This document shows, piece after piece, positions 21,677 through 35,049 of a stretch of DNA of 64,000 nt. Source of the stretch: Podarcis filfolensis. Taxonomy: Eukaryota. A program made the position numbers and the translations under genes. The notes under the pieces were generated by a model. That model searched no databases, had not been told where the DNA came from, and was given only the letters and a program-made list of their open reading frames with translations. The stretch lies in NCBI GenBank assembly GCA_964270895.1, contig OZ185437.1, one strand, 5' to 3'. The stretch's first letter is position 1. Every line of letters starts with the position of its first letter.

Positions 21677-23804
21677 TTTAAACCTCTTTTTAAAAAATGT
21701 AAGATATTAATATTTGATTTTTAATAGTGTTCTTAATTTATGGAATGTCTGACATTTTATCTTGCAGGCGTTCAGCAATATAAATGGCCAATTAGCATTT
21801 TCATAATGCCTCCTTGATTTCATCCACATGAAACCAACCAAGTGTGTTTTGAAGTTCTCCAGCAATAACTAGGTCAGCCCTTGAAATTTTTGCCATAAGT
21901 CTAGTAAACCATAACCACTAATAGTTCGACACTAACACCAAGAACTCAGTCAGACATCAACATCACTCTCTAGCCACAGTCCCCACCTTCTCTACTAAAC
22001 TATGGCTACTCAATGGCTTTGCTATATTGAATGCTGGAGAAAAACCAGCAGCAACTTTGTTATGTTGCTACTGCTACAGATAAACATTCCCCTATAGCTT
22101 CCAGTTACTACTATAAGATTAGCAAATTTGATAAAATGGGATTAGTACTCATGTACATCCCGAGTAGGTTCACAAAGTATTCACATGAAAAACCATGGTG
22201 CCTGGGTGATGCCTTTTAAAATATCTATTGGATTTATTCTAAGCAGATACTCCATCTCCAATTTAAATAATGCTAATCTTGTATCACTGTTACTTGATTT
22301 ATTATTTTAAAGTGCTTTTATTTTATCTCAGTTGCCCTGATAGAAGCTATTGGATACTTTTTCTTTCTCTCTCTCCTTTTTTTAAACTTGGAGGGCCTGT
22401 TAGGCATTTCATTAACAAAACAGATGAATACGTCTGAAGGTATATGTTAAAATCAGCATTCTTCCTAGTTATTTCCCCAACAAAATGACTTTCTACCTAA
22501 CCTAGTTTCACCTGCAACTGCTAAGGTTTTCAAATCCCATTCAGGAAAAGCAAACCATCAGGAAAAGCAAACCAGAGCCATCTTTAAAGGATATGAACGA
22601 TTCAGGCCCAAATATGATCCACAAAGCTACCCTATGATAATTGATTTGTTTCCACAAACAGGAGAATGATTAAGGTACAGTATTTGTAAAGACAACATCT
22701 TTCTGTTTCAGAGTTAGGCTCTGAGGCTTCCTGAATTAATAGCTGGCAAAGTTCCCCCATCCCTGCAAGATTCATGAGCCTAAAACACCAAAGTACTGGA
22801 AGTTTTCTGCTTTTTATGGTTATTAAGAGAGATTATATTATAACCCAACAAAACCCTTACTTTCCTTTCCCTCTGGTAATAGCTAAGAGGAAAAATCCTC
22901 AGCTTTCAGACAAATAAAAACTGGAATGGGCAAAGGTATTTTTTCCCATTCAGTTTTACCTCTGAACAAGACACGCTTCGCCTAACCTAAATGAGAAAAA
23001 AGGAGATGAAGATAGCAATCACCACCAAAAATTACATCTGCTCTCTTTATTGTTTTTCCTTTTATCTAACTTAACATATATTTCACTTCCCTAATTTCTT
23101 CCCATTTCTTTTTCCCCACAGGCATCATTACTTTGAAGTGCTCAATTTTTTGGATGGCAAACCAAGTGCTTTCAGATTTACATAGAATTCATTTGTTCTG
23201 TCTCTTTCATGTTCTATCGAGATTTTGGATTTTCTTTAGCCAGCTGAAAGCCCACACATCTCTTGGCCTGGTTTGAGAAAAAGTTAGAGGGAAAATATTC
23301 CACATGGAGTTTTATGGTTGTTTTTATGATGGTAGTGACTCCCTTGTTAATTAATAAAATTATTTACTTTTGCTGTTATTTATTTTCAAATGAATAATTT
23401 CTTTCTTTCTTTCTCTTTCCCAAGAGAGCTGATAACATCAGAACATCTATGTACACCATTTTTTTCAGATAATGAGTATTTACTTTTTACCCAAACACTT
23501 ATTTTGAGTATTTATAAATTGTCTCTATATTTTTAAAAGAATCCAACATGGTTCACAGCACACATTTTTAACAGCCAGATACAAAACCCCCACATTTGCT
23601 TCCCTACCCACATAAATTCATCTGAAAATGAATAATAATCTCCCTTCTCTCCAGAACTATAATCCTAGCTAAAAATAAATATTGAGTTCATTTGAAGGAC
23701 AGGTGACAACCGATTTTTTTAAAACAAACAAACAAACACGCAAAATATCTTATTTAGAATTCAATCAAATATAAATCAAAAGCTATAAACCGCAACGGAG
23801 ATTT

Positions 23805-24290
23805 ATTAATTATTTATTTCATTTATTATCCACCCATAAGCCTAAGGTACCAAGGTAGGGCACAACCATTTAAAATACAGCATTAAAAACAGTTTAAACT
23901 ATACGACAATCACCAGAATAGGGTGGGTCCTAAAAATACGCATCTCAAGTGTCAAAGGGTAGGGTAAAGAGTTGCATATTCAGCATTCAGTGTAAACTGT
24001 ACAGTGAAGGTGTCAGGCACGTTCTGTGAAGAGGGAGTTCCACAGCTTATGGGTTGCCACAGAGAAGCCCCTGTCCTGGGCTGCTCCCCCCCCAATAAAA
24101 AAATTCTGGGGCAGCAGAACTACCAAGAGGGTGCCCTCTGTTGATCTTAACAGGTGAGAGGGTCTGTAGGTAAGAAGGCTGTCTTTCATATATTTGGGGC
24201 CTACCACATTTAAGGCTTTAAACACCAACATGTGCACCTTGGATTGGGCCCCAAAACTAACCGACAACCGATGCAGCTGTTCTAAAAGGA
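23805..24290 (-). mobile_element. L2 LINE 3' fragment
   Basis: Translation KVHMLVFKALNVVGPKYMKDSLLTYRPSHLLRS...FSVATHKLWNSL matches the L2 ORF2 C-terminus; AT-rich tail toward 23805. Confidence 0.8.
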
Positions 24291-26603
24291 GGTTTACTGT
24301 TACATGCCACCCTGATTTCCAAGCGGTGAGAGATGCCAGGGGTTCCAGCGGTTACTCAGGGTTTGGTATCCTTGGAATATTTATTTACACATATATATAA
24401 CCTGGGCAGAAGTTGGAGGGGTTCACAGAATTAACACCCCAACAGATCTTGCTTCTCCGCTGTTACCAGGAGAGCCCCAAAGTCCAGTGCAGAGCTAAAT
24501 GTGTCTTGCTGTCCTCAGCTTTACAATATCCTTCTGATTCTTTTGCTCACTCACACAATTCTCTGCAATGTAGCAGCCCTTCCTTCCTCCCCATTTGGAT
24601 GCTCCCGACAGCTCAACCCTCTGAAGTGCATATCAAGGCTCTAGAAGTGGCCATCTGGTCTCTGTGTACAAAGGACTCGCTGGACCGGTTTCTTATATTT
24701 GCATCATATACCTTAATCTTCACCCCCCTAAAGTCAGCAAAACTGAAAGGTCTCAGCTGATTTTCAAGAATTGTTTTGTCTAAGCCTTTGGTGTATTTTC
24801 AAATGTTGTTTTGAAATAGTAAATGTGTTCTCTTTAACCCTGTCTGTATGTGGCCACTACACAGGAGCATAGAAGCCGGAAGCCCAAGAACTGAAGTCTC
24901 ATAAATGCAACCAGTGATGAGGAGTCAAAGTGCAAGTTTTCTAGAAAAAGAGGTCCGGAACTCACCATGAACCCTTGTTCTCTTAGAGTGGCGCCCACCT
25001 GAGAGGGGCCGGAACCCAGTTTTTAAAGAACACATGATCAAATGCTCTGGGAGCTGTTGCTTAGTACTTACTTTGTGCTAAAGCCAGGAAGCAGTTTCTG
25101 TCTCCACCAGGTGAGCAGAAATGGATGCCCAGTTTATAGTTACAGGAGCGGTTTATGGCAAATTGTAAAATGTTTTTATTGTTCTGACTACACAGGCTCA
25201 CATCAGCAAGATCAGTCACAGAGGTTGGCTGTAAAAACCCTCACTATAGCCAAACCATTTCCAATTAAAATTCACACAGTCTCACAAAGGTGAAGTAAAC
25301 CTATATTCCTTCTAATACATCTTTGCTTTGAATGCTCAGCTCCAGACTCGGAGGTTTTGTTACAATCATGTGGTTAAATAGATTTTGTTAAACACAATTA
25401 GAAAAGCCGTGCCTTATAGATATAGACACATGCATGCAGGACATTCATATGTAGCAGCAGGAGTGGGACTGTGCTATTGGCCCAGCCCCCAACACTGCGT
25501 TCCCTTCATCCTGACTTTCACATGTTGAGCAAAGAGGTCTGAAAGAGAACTGTTGGCACAAGCTCTACACAACTGGGAAGCCCATGCAAGCAGAGATGCA
25601 ATGTTGGGGTGGGGAAAGAAGCATAACCCTCTTCCTGCTGCTACATTCAAGTGCCCTAGACACAAGTCAGTGTGTGATTAGAGCTACGCTGAAGGTCCTT
25701 TAGGACGCAAAGTGGGAACATATTGATCTTTAGACCACAGCAGTGACAGAAAACACCAGGCCTCTCTTGTCTTCAATGCCGTTGGATCAATTCTAATTGA
25801 CGTTTCCCACACTCATCCCAGTTGAGCACTACACTTTAACCACAGGGCATGGTACCAAGCAACTGAAGGATCTATTTAGCATGGTGGCTTCCCTTGTGTG
25901 AGTTGACTACCTTCACTGACAGAAAGGGATGGAGGAAGGAGAAAGGGAGATTCTCTGGTTCAACGCTTTAGACTAATCAGTGCAGACTGTGACCTATAGC
26001 CTGAAGGTTTGGCAGATGCTGAATCAATGCGTCAGGAAACTGGAGGAAATGTGCCAACAGACCCTTAGAAATGCCTTCTGTGCCCACTCTCATATAGCTG
26101 CATCATCTCAGGGTGGGATTTTTAAAGGAAAAAGCAGAACCTGGATCTAGTGCAGATAAGCACAGAAAAAAAGAGGGGGGGGGGGAGCAAGAAGCACTCC
26201 CCTCCCTTAGTCACGGCTTTCTTTTGTGCTAGAGCCAGGAAGCAGAGAAAACTGAATTGGGCACCTGTCCATGGAATCTACGTTCATGACCCCAGAGGAG
26301 AGGAAAAACCCAAGCCAATAACCACACAGCACACTTTTATTTGAAATGGTTCCGACAGGCAAATATACATTTGTCCCAATTTTGGAAAAATGTGCATCTA
26401 AGTATATTTGCTAAATGACATGGGCAAACTACGAGTGTATATTTGTAGGATAAGAAACTGTTGGCAAAGTGGTTATTTAGGCAGAGGTTGGCCATAAAAA
26501 GACTTTTGGCCCTTTGTAAAGTGCCATGCACACCAGTGGGGGTTGATAAATAACAATAATGTTCACAAATTTTAACTGCTTTTTCATTCATGATGATGAC
26601 ATA

Positions 26604-26747
26604 TAAAATCAGAGAATTGGAAAGGACTATGAGGGTCATCTAGTCCAACCCCCTGCAATTCAGGAATCCTGCCCAGAGTCATCCCTGGGTGGACTCGAAC
26701 CACCAGCCTTCTGGTTAACAGCCAGATACACTGACACACTGCGCCAC
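26604..26747 (-). mobile_element. tRNA-Asn-derived SINE with CR1-type tail
   Basis: Head GTGGCGCAGTGTGTCAGTGTATCTGGCTGTTAACCAGAAGGCTGGTGGTTCGAGTCCACCCAGGGATG aligns to vertebrate tRNA-Asn(GTT); tail ATTCCTGAATTGCAGGGGGTTGGACTAGATGACCCTC. Confidence 0.8.
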
Positions 26748-29269
26748 TGGAAGGATTTTAATGCCTTTCCAGTTGCTAGGTAGACTTGAGGCATCTACAA
26801 ACGCAGTGTTAGCAAATTATTATCAAAGCAGCTTTTCTTCATAGGGTTTCTATTTTACATTCAATATTCATTGGGTACTTAGAATGAATGAGAACACAGG
26901 AGAAATGACTTTGGAATGGTGGCTTTGAAAATAGTGATGTTCAAGATTTTTAAAACTGCACAGTATTAACCTTTGTTTTTCAAAGAACAACAGTAGTCAG
27001 AGAATCATAGAATTGTAGAGTTGGAAGGGATTCCAAGGGTCATCTAGTCCAACCCCCTGCGATGCAGGAATCTCAACTAAAGCATCCATGACAGATGACC
27101 CTTTAGTGTTTTATACATTTCTCCAATTGGGAGCTCAAAGCTTCTTTTTAAACAAGACTGCAGTAAGGATTTACCCAGTGCACAACAAATGCCCAACAGA
27201 CCACACAGTGTCTCATCCACCTCTCTAGGTCAGAAGCAGTTTTAAGGTAATAACACATATTAGCCTAAAAAACCCCTCACATTTTTTTAAAAAGTTGCAT
27301 CTCTGGATTTATAGCTCATTCAAAGGCTGCAAACTTTCCCAAAAATAGAAAGCATATATAAACCTTAAGGAATCTAATCTAATCTACTCTGGTTTGAACA
27401 TAATTTTTGCCTTAGCAGCTGTCATTGTCCATCTCTATTTCCCCACCCTGGATGATATTTACATTTACGGAGGCTTCTCAAACTTCTGTGGGTTAAAATG
27501 AGCAAAGACATTCATAGCACAGCAAATCTGGAAATAATCAATGCAGTATAGATTAAACAGGTAGTCAGTTTGGTAATAAAATTCCAAATTAGAATTTCTT
27601 GCCTGGCACTGATTTAGAATTCTGTGCACACTCTATACTGACATTTCACTGTCAAATCTTTGTACATTAAGCTTTAGGAAGAGAGATTGTGCAACAGCCT
27701 CAGGATATGCTTGAAGAAAACCAATTTTTGTACCATCAACTCTAATTGCCTTTAAACTAATGGAAAAGAGCGAAAATAGTTAAGAGACCATGAAAAAGGG
27801 GAAAACTAGAAAGTTTATGCTGCAATCCTTAGAAGTTCCATAGCACATTTAGGCAGATAAATACCATTTTTTCTTCATTTTAAACATGAAATATCTTACC
27901 ACCTCTTATTTCTTCTTATTGTCTATTATTCAGGTATATCCCAACTTAACAGGACAGACTCAAAAAGCAGCGAAGGGGATCTCTCTCTCCATCACACACA
28001 GTATACTCTATCCAGGCCACCAAGAGTTCAAGGACACGTTAATTTAAGGGATAAACATTTGGAGAGAGGAGGTGTGGTAGACATTCATTCTAAGTACCCA
28101 ATGCCCAGGAAGAGTCCCAAGGGGCAGTCAGAGAGGCTCGGAGGGTTATGTTTGGTCACTGGGCATGAGGTTAGATACAGAAATATACCGAGCCAGACCA
28201 TTCATCCATCCACACTGGACTGGTGGGAAGCTTCTAAGGTTCTTAGGTTAAGAGACATTCTCAGCCCTACCTGGAGATGCTAGGGGGTGAACATGGGACA
28301 TTCTGTGCGCAAAGCAGTGCTCTACTGCTGAGCCATGCCACTTCCCCAAGAAGATTCCCCATTGCTGCTCAAAAGGGTTTCAAAAGTCATCTAATTCAAT
28401 CATTGGGCAAAACTCATCCATCACGCCTGTACCAATCATTCCACTTAATCCAGATTGCAGTATACTACATAGAGCACTTTCAGCCCTAAGCATGTTTCAT
28501 TGGCTGTTAAGTCCTACCAGATTCAATATGGGTAACTCTGAAATAAGTACACTTATGGTCACAGCCTGCATTTCAGAACCTTACAACTCCTTCAGATTCT
28601 GAAATTACATCAAACCTTTTACTTTTGAGAGTTTCATCATGACACTATAAAAAGAACAAGCCCAAGAACTGTCAACAGGCAGCAGGACTCTTCTTTCCAT
28701 ATTAACAAAATATGGAAATAAAAAAGTACGTAAGGAGATGACTGTATCACTCCCTGCAGCATATTAAGAGCTTAATTTGAGCCAAGGTTATTGCTAGATT
28801 CCTCTTAGAAGAGATAAAACACATTTCCCTGCCAAACTAATTATCAATGCATGTGGTAGTTGCACAAACCTGCCACACAATAAACGTTTATGTAGAATTT
28901 TGTAATGTGTAAAACTGCCAGAAGGAACCACGACCAAGCTGTACTCCGTTTTTTGGGGGGATGGGGATGCTATTCCAGCTAACACTGGTCTCCAGCAGGT
29001 GGTTGCATTCCAGGATGGGTCGCAACAGCTGCGCTACCACCGTGCAAATACAGGGCAAGAGAAAACCAAAAGCCGTCCTCACACTCTCGTTTAGATTAGA
29101 TGTGTGTCCTACGTCTGAAAGCACCCCAGACTGGAGTCCCACGCATCCTTCTTTCCCAACCAGGCACGGTTTATTTACTTATGTAACCATTACGCCTTAA
29201 TACAAAGGGGGAGACAGGAAGGAGAAAGCCAACCAACAAAAGCAGCAACTTAATTACAGGAGAAAGGGA

Positions 29270-29960
29270 AAGAAGCCAACAATTAGCGTTCATAATTCTC
29301 GAAGGGGGAATCGAAAGCTCATTTCCCCAGAGTCTGGCGTTAGGGTTCTTGCAACTAAGGGTTATGTATTTGCAGAGACTAGTCCACACCAGCAGCAGCA
29401 GGAGGAGGAGGAGGAGCAGGAGGAGGGAGAGGTCTGGGCTGCCGCATTCGCGTCCTCAGGCGAACGTGCCTCGCCAGGATCACTAACCTGCAGTCCGCCA
29501 GCAGGAAGCGCCGCAGCGAGAAGAGACGCTTCGTGTGACCGCGAAAGGATTCCGCCAGGAAACCCCGCCCCCTGCACAGAGGTTCCGTGGAACGGGGCGG
29601 CGCAATGGTAGAGCTTATTTGTTACATACGGATCTAAGGAAAGATCCTCGCAAGCCTGCGGTGAACGGGGTCGGGACCAGCTGTTTTCAACCCTCACTTT
29701 CTAAAGCTAAAGGGTGCAACGGAGTGGCTTCTCCGGTGCTGCTGCTCTTCAGGAACAGATCGGTGATTAGAAGCACGCAGCTGCGTTTCCCGTGGAGCAA
29801 CTGCAGGCATGGTCGCACGCGTGCACGCGCCCCCCTGTGGCTTCGCCTTGCACACGCATCCAGAGCCGCAATAGCCCGCTGCTTTCATTTCTTCTGCCTT
29901 TTGCAGAGTCGGACCGTTGACCCTTCTAGGCTCCAGTGCCGGATTTTCGTAAAAGCTAAA
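29270..29960 (-). promoter_or_regulatory. CpG island, probable ECHDC1 promoter
   Basis: The only extended CpG-rich stretch that is not a TE; GC box CCCCGCCCCC (about 29563-29572), CGCG palindromes at 29815-29829; lies about 8 kb upstream of the first coding exon. Confidence 0.75.
29488..29560 (-). other. ECHDC1: Probable ECHDC1 non-coding exon 1 (5' boundary approximate)
   Basis: Strong donor CTGCAG|GTTAGT at 29487 inside the CpG island; no ATG in the exon. The downstream exon begins 2 nt before its ATG, so an upstream exon is required. Confidence 0.6.
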
Positions 29961-30115
29961 CAAGCTATAGCTATTTGTTTGGGGGCCCCAAACAAATTTA
30001 AAGGAAAAAAAGACCTGGATGTACATTTCCAAAATATAAGATAAAAAACAAAATAAAATAAAACCTACATACAGCAACAGTGTTTTGTGTTGTGTAGGCT
30101 CCTATGATGTAAGTA

Positions 30116-30359
30116 CAGTGGTAACTCAGGTTACATACACTTCAGGTTACATACGCTTCAGGTTACAGACTCCACTAACTCCACTAAATAGTGCTTCAGG
30201 TTAAGAACTTTGCTTCAGGATAAGAACAGAAATCGGGCTCCGGCGGCAGGGCGGCAGCAGGAGGCCACTTTAGCTAAAGTGGTGCTTCAGGTTAAGAACA
30301 GTTTCAGGTTAAGAACAGACCTCTGGAACGAATTAAGTACTTAACCCGAGGTACCACTG
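30116..30359. mobile_element. Tc1/mariner (Tigger-like) MITE
   Basis: TA|CAGTGGTAACTCAGG ... CCGAGGTACCACTG|TA; repeated internal TTCAGGTTA(C/A) motifs. Confidence 0.85.
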
Positions 30360-31320
30360 TATTGGGCCCCACCTGCTAGCCTGCTCTCTAAGATATTACT
30401 GGTTTGCTCATTTCTATATATAGGGTGCCTACATTCTGCATGTGCAAATGGCTTTAGCTACCTACAGTATTAGGTCCATAAATTACCATAAAGCATATAT
30501 TCAACACAAAAAAACAGTGACAAAAACATTTTCCTGGTCTTACTGGGAGCAGGTTCTTGCTTTGCTGCCTGAGAGCTGCAGAGCTGCATGTGCTTTCCAA
30601 AGGTATAGCTTCCTAGGTGGAGATCGTCACAAAATTCAAGCTAGGACCATAGTAGTCTGGACAGCAGGAACTGACCAAGCAGCACCACTGATACTGCTCA
30701 TTAAATGGCCAGGGAAGTATGAGAATGTAAGCCTCCTTCAGATGACCTATTTATTGAGCATTTGTCCTGACTGACGTTCTGAAAGCTGATGCAGAGGTTA
30801 GATTAGATCTCGTCTTTCTTTATAATTCGTTCCTATTCATTTGGAATGAGCGTTCCACACAAGGAGCATTCATCCTGCATTGTTTTGCAGGGTGTTTATC
30901 TGTCTTCCTGTTAATCATTAATTCAGCCCACCATTTTTAATGCATTTTCCTGCCACTTCCCCAACTGCAAAAAATCATTTTAAAAGTGGATGTGTTGTTC
31001 AAGGGCAACAGAGCACATGAATCCACTTTGGTTGTGCAAACCTACATTTCCCCGTTTGTGCTTGGATTCCTCCTGCAAAATACTGACAGTCTGGAGGTGA
31101 CCTGACTGCCAGCACAACCAGGCAGTATTTTACTGATGCAACCAGTAAAATTGTGTTCTCAGCCAAACAGCCGATGTCGTGGTTTGAAAAGCCAATAAAC
31201 TCCTAATTCTGCTCTAGCTTGACTCTTTTCAAGGGGCACTAGTTAAATCACAACAGAGAAAAGAATCCTTGTGTATAATCTGCTGCACAGGATAAAATAA
31301 GACCCATTTGAAAATTTGTA

Positions 31321-31325
31321 ACACA

Positions 31326-31376
<51 letters not shown>
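31321..31376. repeat. Compound microsatellite (AC)n(AG)n
   Basis: About 11 AC units followed by about 17 AG units. Another compound (CT)n(AT)n at about 16374-16410. Confidence 0.95.
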
Positions 31377-31380
<4 letters not shown>

Positions 31381-31547
31381 ATGGTGGATGACTAACCAAA
31401 GAGTATTGCTCCTGAAACAAGAGCTGGTGTTTTGAAAGTGCCAACATTGGGGAAATTCAGATAGCGAGAACTTGGTAAGCATCCATGCTGTTTACTGTTT
31501 AATGATTCTGTTCTTTCACACCCATTTTAATGGGGTGAAAGGATTAT

Positions 31548-31893
31548 AAAAGTAAAGGGACCCCTGACCATTAGGTCCAGTCGTGGCCGACTCTGGGGTT
31601 GCGGCGCTCATCTCGCTTTACTGGCCGAGGGAGCCGGCATACAGCTTCCGGGTCATGTGGCCAGCATGACTAAGCCGCTTCTGGCAAACCAGAGCAGCGC
31701 ATGGGAACACCGTTTACCTTCCCGCGAGAGCGGTACCTATTTATCTACTTGCACTTTGACGTGCTTTTGAACTGCTAGGTTGGCAGGAGCAGGGACCGAG
31801 CAACGGGAGCTCACCCTGTCGCGGGGATTCAAACCGCCGACCTTCTGATGGGCAAGTCCTAGGCTCTGTGGTTTAACCCACAGTGCCACCCAC
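31548..31893 (-). mobile_element. Sauria SINE (second subfamily)
   Basis: Near full-length; same core as 9395 but with the CACAGAGCCTAGGACTTGCC head and TGGTCAGGGGTCCC tail variant. Confidence 0.92.
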
Positions 31894-32209
31894 GAAAGGA
31901 TCATATTATGGGATTAATCTAAGTGCTTGTGAAATCCACGCAGGTGTTCCAAACACAAGAAAAAGAAATCCATACCTATTATATACAAGAAGGCTAACAG
32001 TGTCAGCTAAGGAAATGTTAATATTACACTAGCTGTATGGAGGGTCTGTCATATACCAACACATTTCATAATCGTAGACTGCTGTAAATTGGTGTAGTGT
32101 TTCTCTAGGTAGTATGCTGTCACCTAGCAGCAGAACAGGGAATAGCATGTTTAATATCACCAGATAGGTACTGTATAAGGAGGGCCTTTTACCAGCTTTA
32201 TATTTTATT

Positions 32210-32745
32210 TCATAAAATTTATATACTGCTTGATTTAAAAAAACTAAAACCCTCAAAGCAGGTTACCAAATGAATAAAACAATAAGATTATTAGTAAAAT
32301 TAATTAAAATGTTCAAAAAATTAAACCAATAAACTTAAAGCCCTGGCATTCTAGATATCTGGGTCTAAGCAAACATGTTTTTAGCCAAAAAGAGTACAGT
32401 GAAGATGCCATATCTGAATTGGGATCACTTGGTCACTGTAGTCCATCTATCTGTAACCTTAAGAATGAGAAAAATCTGTGTGGGACTGCCCTTGAGCCTG
32501 GTCCAGAACCTGCAGCTGGTAGAAAATGCTGACAGCATAGTACTCCTCTGCTAAAGCATCTGCACTGGCTGCCCATATGCCTATTGAGCCAGGATCAAGG
32601 TTCTTGGGTTGATATACAAAGCCCTGAACAACTTGGGCTCAGGATAACTTAAGGACCACCTCAAACCTTATGGTCCATTTTGATCACTGAGATCTTCCAG
32701 AGGAGTGATGCTAGTTGCTCCCCATGGCCTCAATTAGAAAATGGC
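32210..32745. mobile_element. Two L2 fragments: 3'UTR (-) at 32210-32410 and ORF2 C-terminus (+) at 32480-32745
   Basis: Plus frame GLPLSLVQNLQLVENA..LLKHLHWLPI..IKVLGLIYKALNNLG..LKDHL, typical of L2. Confidence 0.7.
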
Positions 32746-33734
32746 ATTGCCACTCTTCTAGCAGAGATGTAGCAGTTGTCCTCTCTTTTCATTTTCTGGT
32801 GTCTTTTGAAAATCCTTTTGAGCTTACAGCTGTTTAATTTTTGATTAGTCAGTCACAAAAATGATTATCTGTATTATTATTTTTTAATTGAATGTTTTCT
32901 TTTTTAATAGTATAATATACCACTTCAATACTTTATGATATGGTGGTATAGAAATACTTTTATAAATATGAATACTAAATATGTTGAATAATCGTATTTG
33001 GTATCTGCAGAATTTGAAATGGAAGCATTTTAGTGTGTTTCAAGTACAACAGCTCTTGGACATACATGCCTCCTTCCCCCAAGGAAATAAACAGTAGTGT
33101 ACTGCTCAAACTTCGGATGATGCTCCCTTAAAGTTTTGAACTCAGAAATTTTATATCAAAATGCATGACAAGATAAATCTTGGGCTAGGTTGAGTTGCTA
33201 ATTTTCCAGGTGAAAATTACCTATGAAACCTTGTGATGCCAATTCTCAAAGTCATTTCCTGATTCACTGACTATTCATTGTTATGTAAATAGAGACTTGA
33301 TGACACCCTCCGCTGGGTAGGACAATGTCCACACTCCATTCTCAGTTCTCTTGCATACAAGCTGAACATGAAGCTGTATGGCGATTAGGGCTGCTGACTT
33401 TTCACATGTCCAATATACCTGTATGGAATATAGGTGATCATTTCCATTTGTATGCTTGGGAAAAGTGGTATCATTTTGCACATCAGTCAATTGTGACATG
33501 CACAAAAACAGGCCATGCTGCCTTTTATTTTAAAGGTGCAGCACTACTGTTTTGCAATATCACAATCACAAAAAAAGGCTAAGCTAATATGTACCGTAAT
33601 CATGAATAGGACTGACACACCCAGACTTACATGTGGCAGCTGTCAATCAGAAGTCCTGCAGCCGTGAAGGGAAATAACATTTGTGGAATTTAGTATGGTG
33701 ATTACTACAGCACCGGCAATGTGAATGACACTTC

Positions 33735-34060
33735 CAGGGTGCACGGGGACAGATCTCTGCCCCTAGAAGCTTACAGTCTATAATTCACATTGTTGTGTGG
33801 GGCAACAGAGGGAAATGGAGTCTTCATTTGGGGAAAGGGGATGCCTGAGTTATTCCACTTACAGTAGAGCACTAGGATGACTAGTTTGTGCCAAAGTTTC
33901 CTTCGAAAAGCTAAGTTTTGAGGCAGAAACTAAAGGAAGTTCTGTGAATCAGGAGTGAAGCAGTTTCAGGCATGAAGGGCAACAGGGAAAGAGGCAGAAG
34001 GGGTATGAAACCTTTGGACAGCGGCGGGTGCTAGAGCTTGAGAAGCAAAAACCACAGGTG
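33735..34060 (-). mobile_element. Ancient L2 remnant
   Basis: GACAGATCTCTGCCCCTAGAAGCTTACAGTCTA resembles the reverse-strand 3' end of old amniote L2. Confidence 0.5.
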
Positions 34061-35049
34061 GGGATGTCTTGGTGTAGGAAGAGCAGAGAGAGAAAAGAGG
34101 GCAAGTTAAGCTCTGGAGGACCAAAGCTCAGTGGTAGAATATCTGACTTTCATGCAGAAGGTTCCAAGTTCTTTCCCTGATGACATCTCCAGGAAGAAGT
34201 GGGAATGTTTTTTTCTGAGACCTTGGAGAGCTCCTGTCAGTCAGTGTAGATGGCACTGAACTGTGCGGACCAAGTGCCTGACTTGGTTTAAGGCAGCTTC
34301 TTATCTTTCTAATCATGTCTTCACATCTGTAAAAGGTACAAAGTCTTTGGGAGGGGGTTTGTTTGGCAGACCCAAACATGCACAGACATTCCTAAAAGTG
34401 TGGTTTTCTTCCTCATTGGTACACCACCTCCAAAAAACGAGTGGGACCCCTTCACACAGAGTCTTCCACTCTGTTCTTCAGGAGATGTAGAGTTAACTCA
34501 AAGCCAGCAGGCCCCTCTGTTTTCACATTCAAATGCTCTTGGGAAACTGACTTCAAATCCCACAAGGCTGCTCCAATTCTCACTTTTGTTTCCATAAATT
34601 AAACGTATGCTTTCAAACAAAACCTGCTAAGAATAGCAGGTGGGCTGCTTTTCTGTATCCATGTGCAGCATTTCCATGTATGATGTTACTAAGAGGTACA
34701 AAATAGAAGCATCTTTAAAAGAAAGACTCCCCCCCCCAAAAAATAAGAAAACAAACAGCAATAAAATGCCAGCGCTGATGGCAATTCACATACAGAGCAA
34801 TCTTTTGAAGGCTTCCAGCTTTGACACAAATAGAAATTACAGAGTATATAATTCATATATCCATACTACAATTAACTTGTTGAGAGATATCCCCTCCATA
34901 GCATGGTGTGGTCACTGGGAGCTGATGGGGGTGTTATTTCTGTATATACGTAGCTGGAGAGTGGCAACAATACAGTGTCAAAGCTACCATATTTAGCCAC
35001 ACCTCTTATTACACTATGATGAGTCAAGTGTTCTGAGAGAGCTACTTCC

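Noticed and set aside
22542-22574. Short tandem duplications here and at about 37673-37736, 49178-49203 and 62530-62555
   Set aside because: Ordinary two-copy slippage events with no sign of function; not spacer-repeat arrays.
26680-26747. tRNA-Asn-like and (8265-8332) tRNA-Ile-like sequences as real tRNA genes
   Set aside because: Acceptor and D stems are broken, there is no T-run terminator, and both run directly into a CR1 tail; they are SINE heads.
29535-30044. 169-aa GTG-start ORF divergent from ECHDC1, and the 111-127-aa ORFs around it
   Set aside because: GC-rich promoter sequence gives long ORFs by chance; no ATG, no recognisable domain, low complexity.
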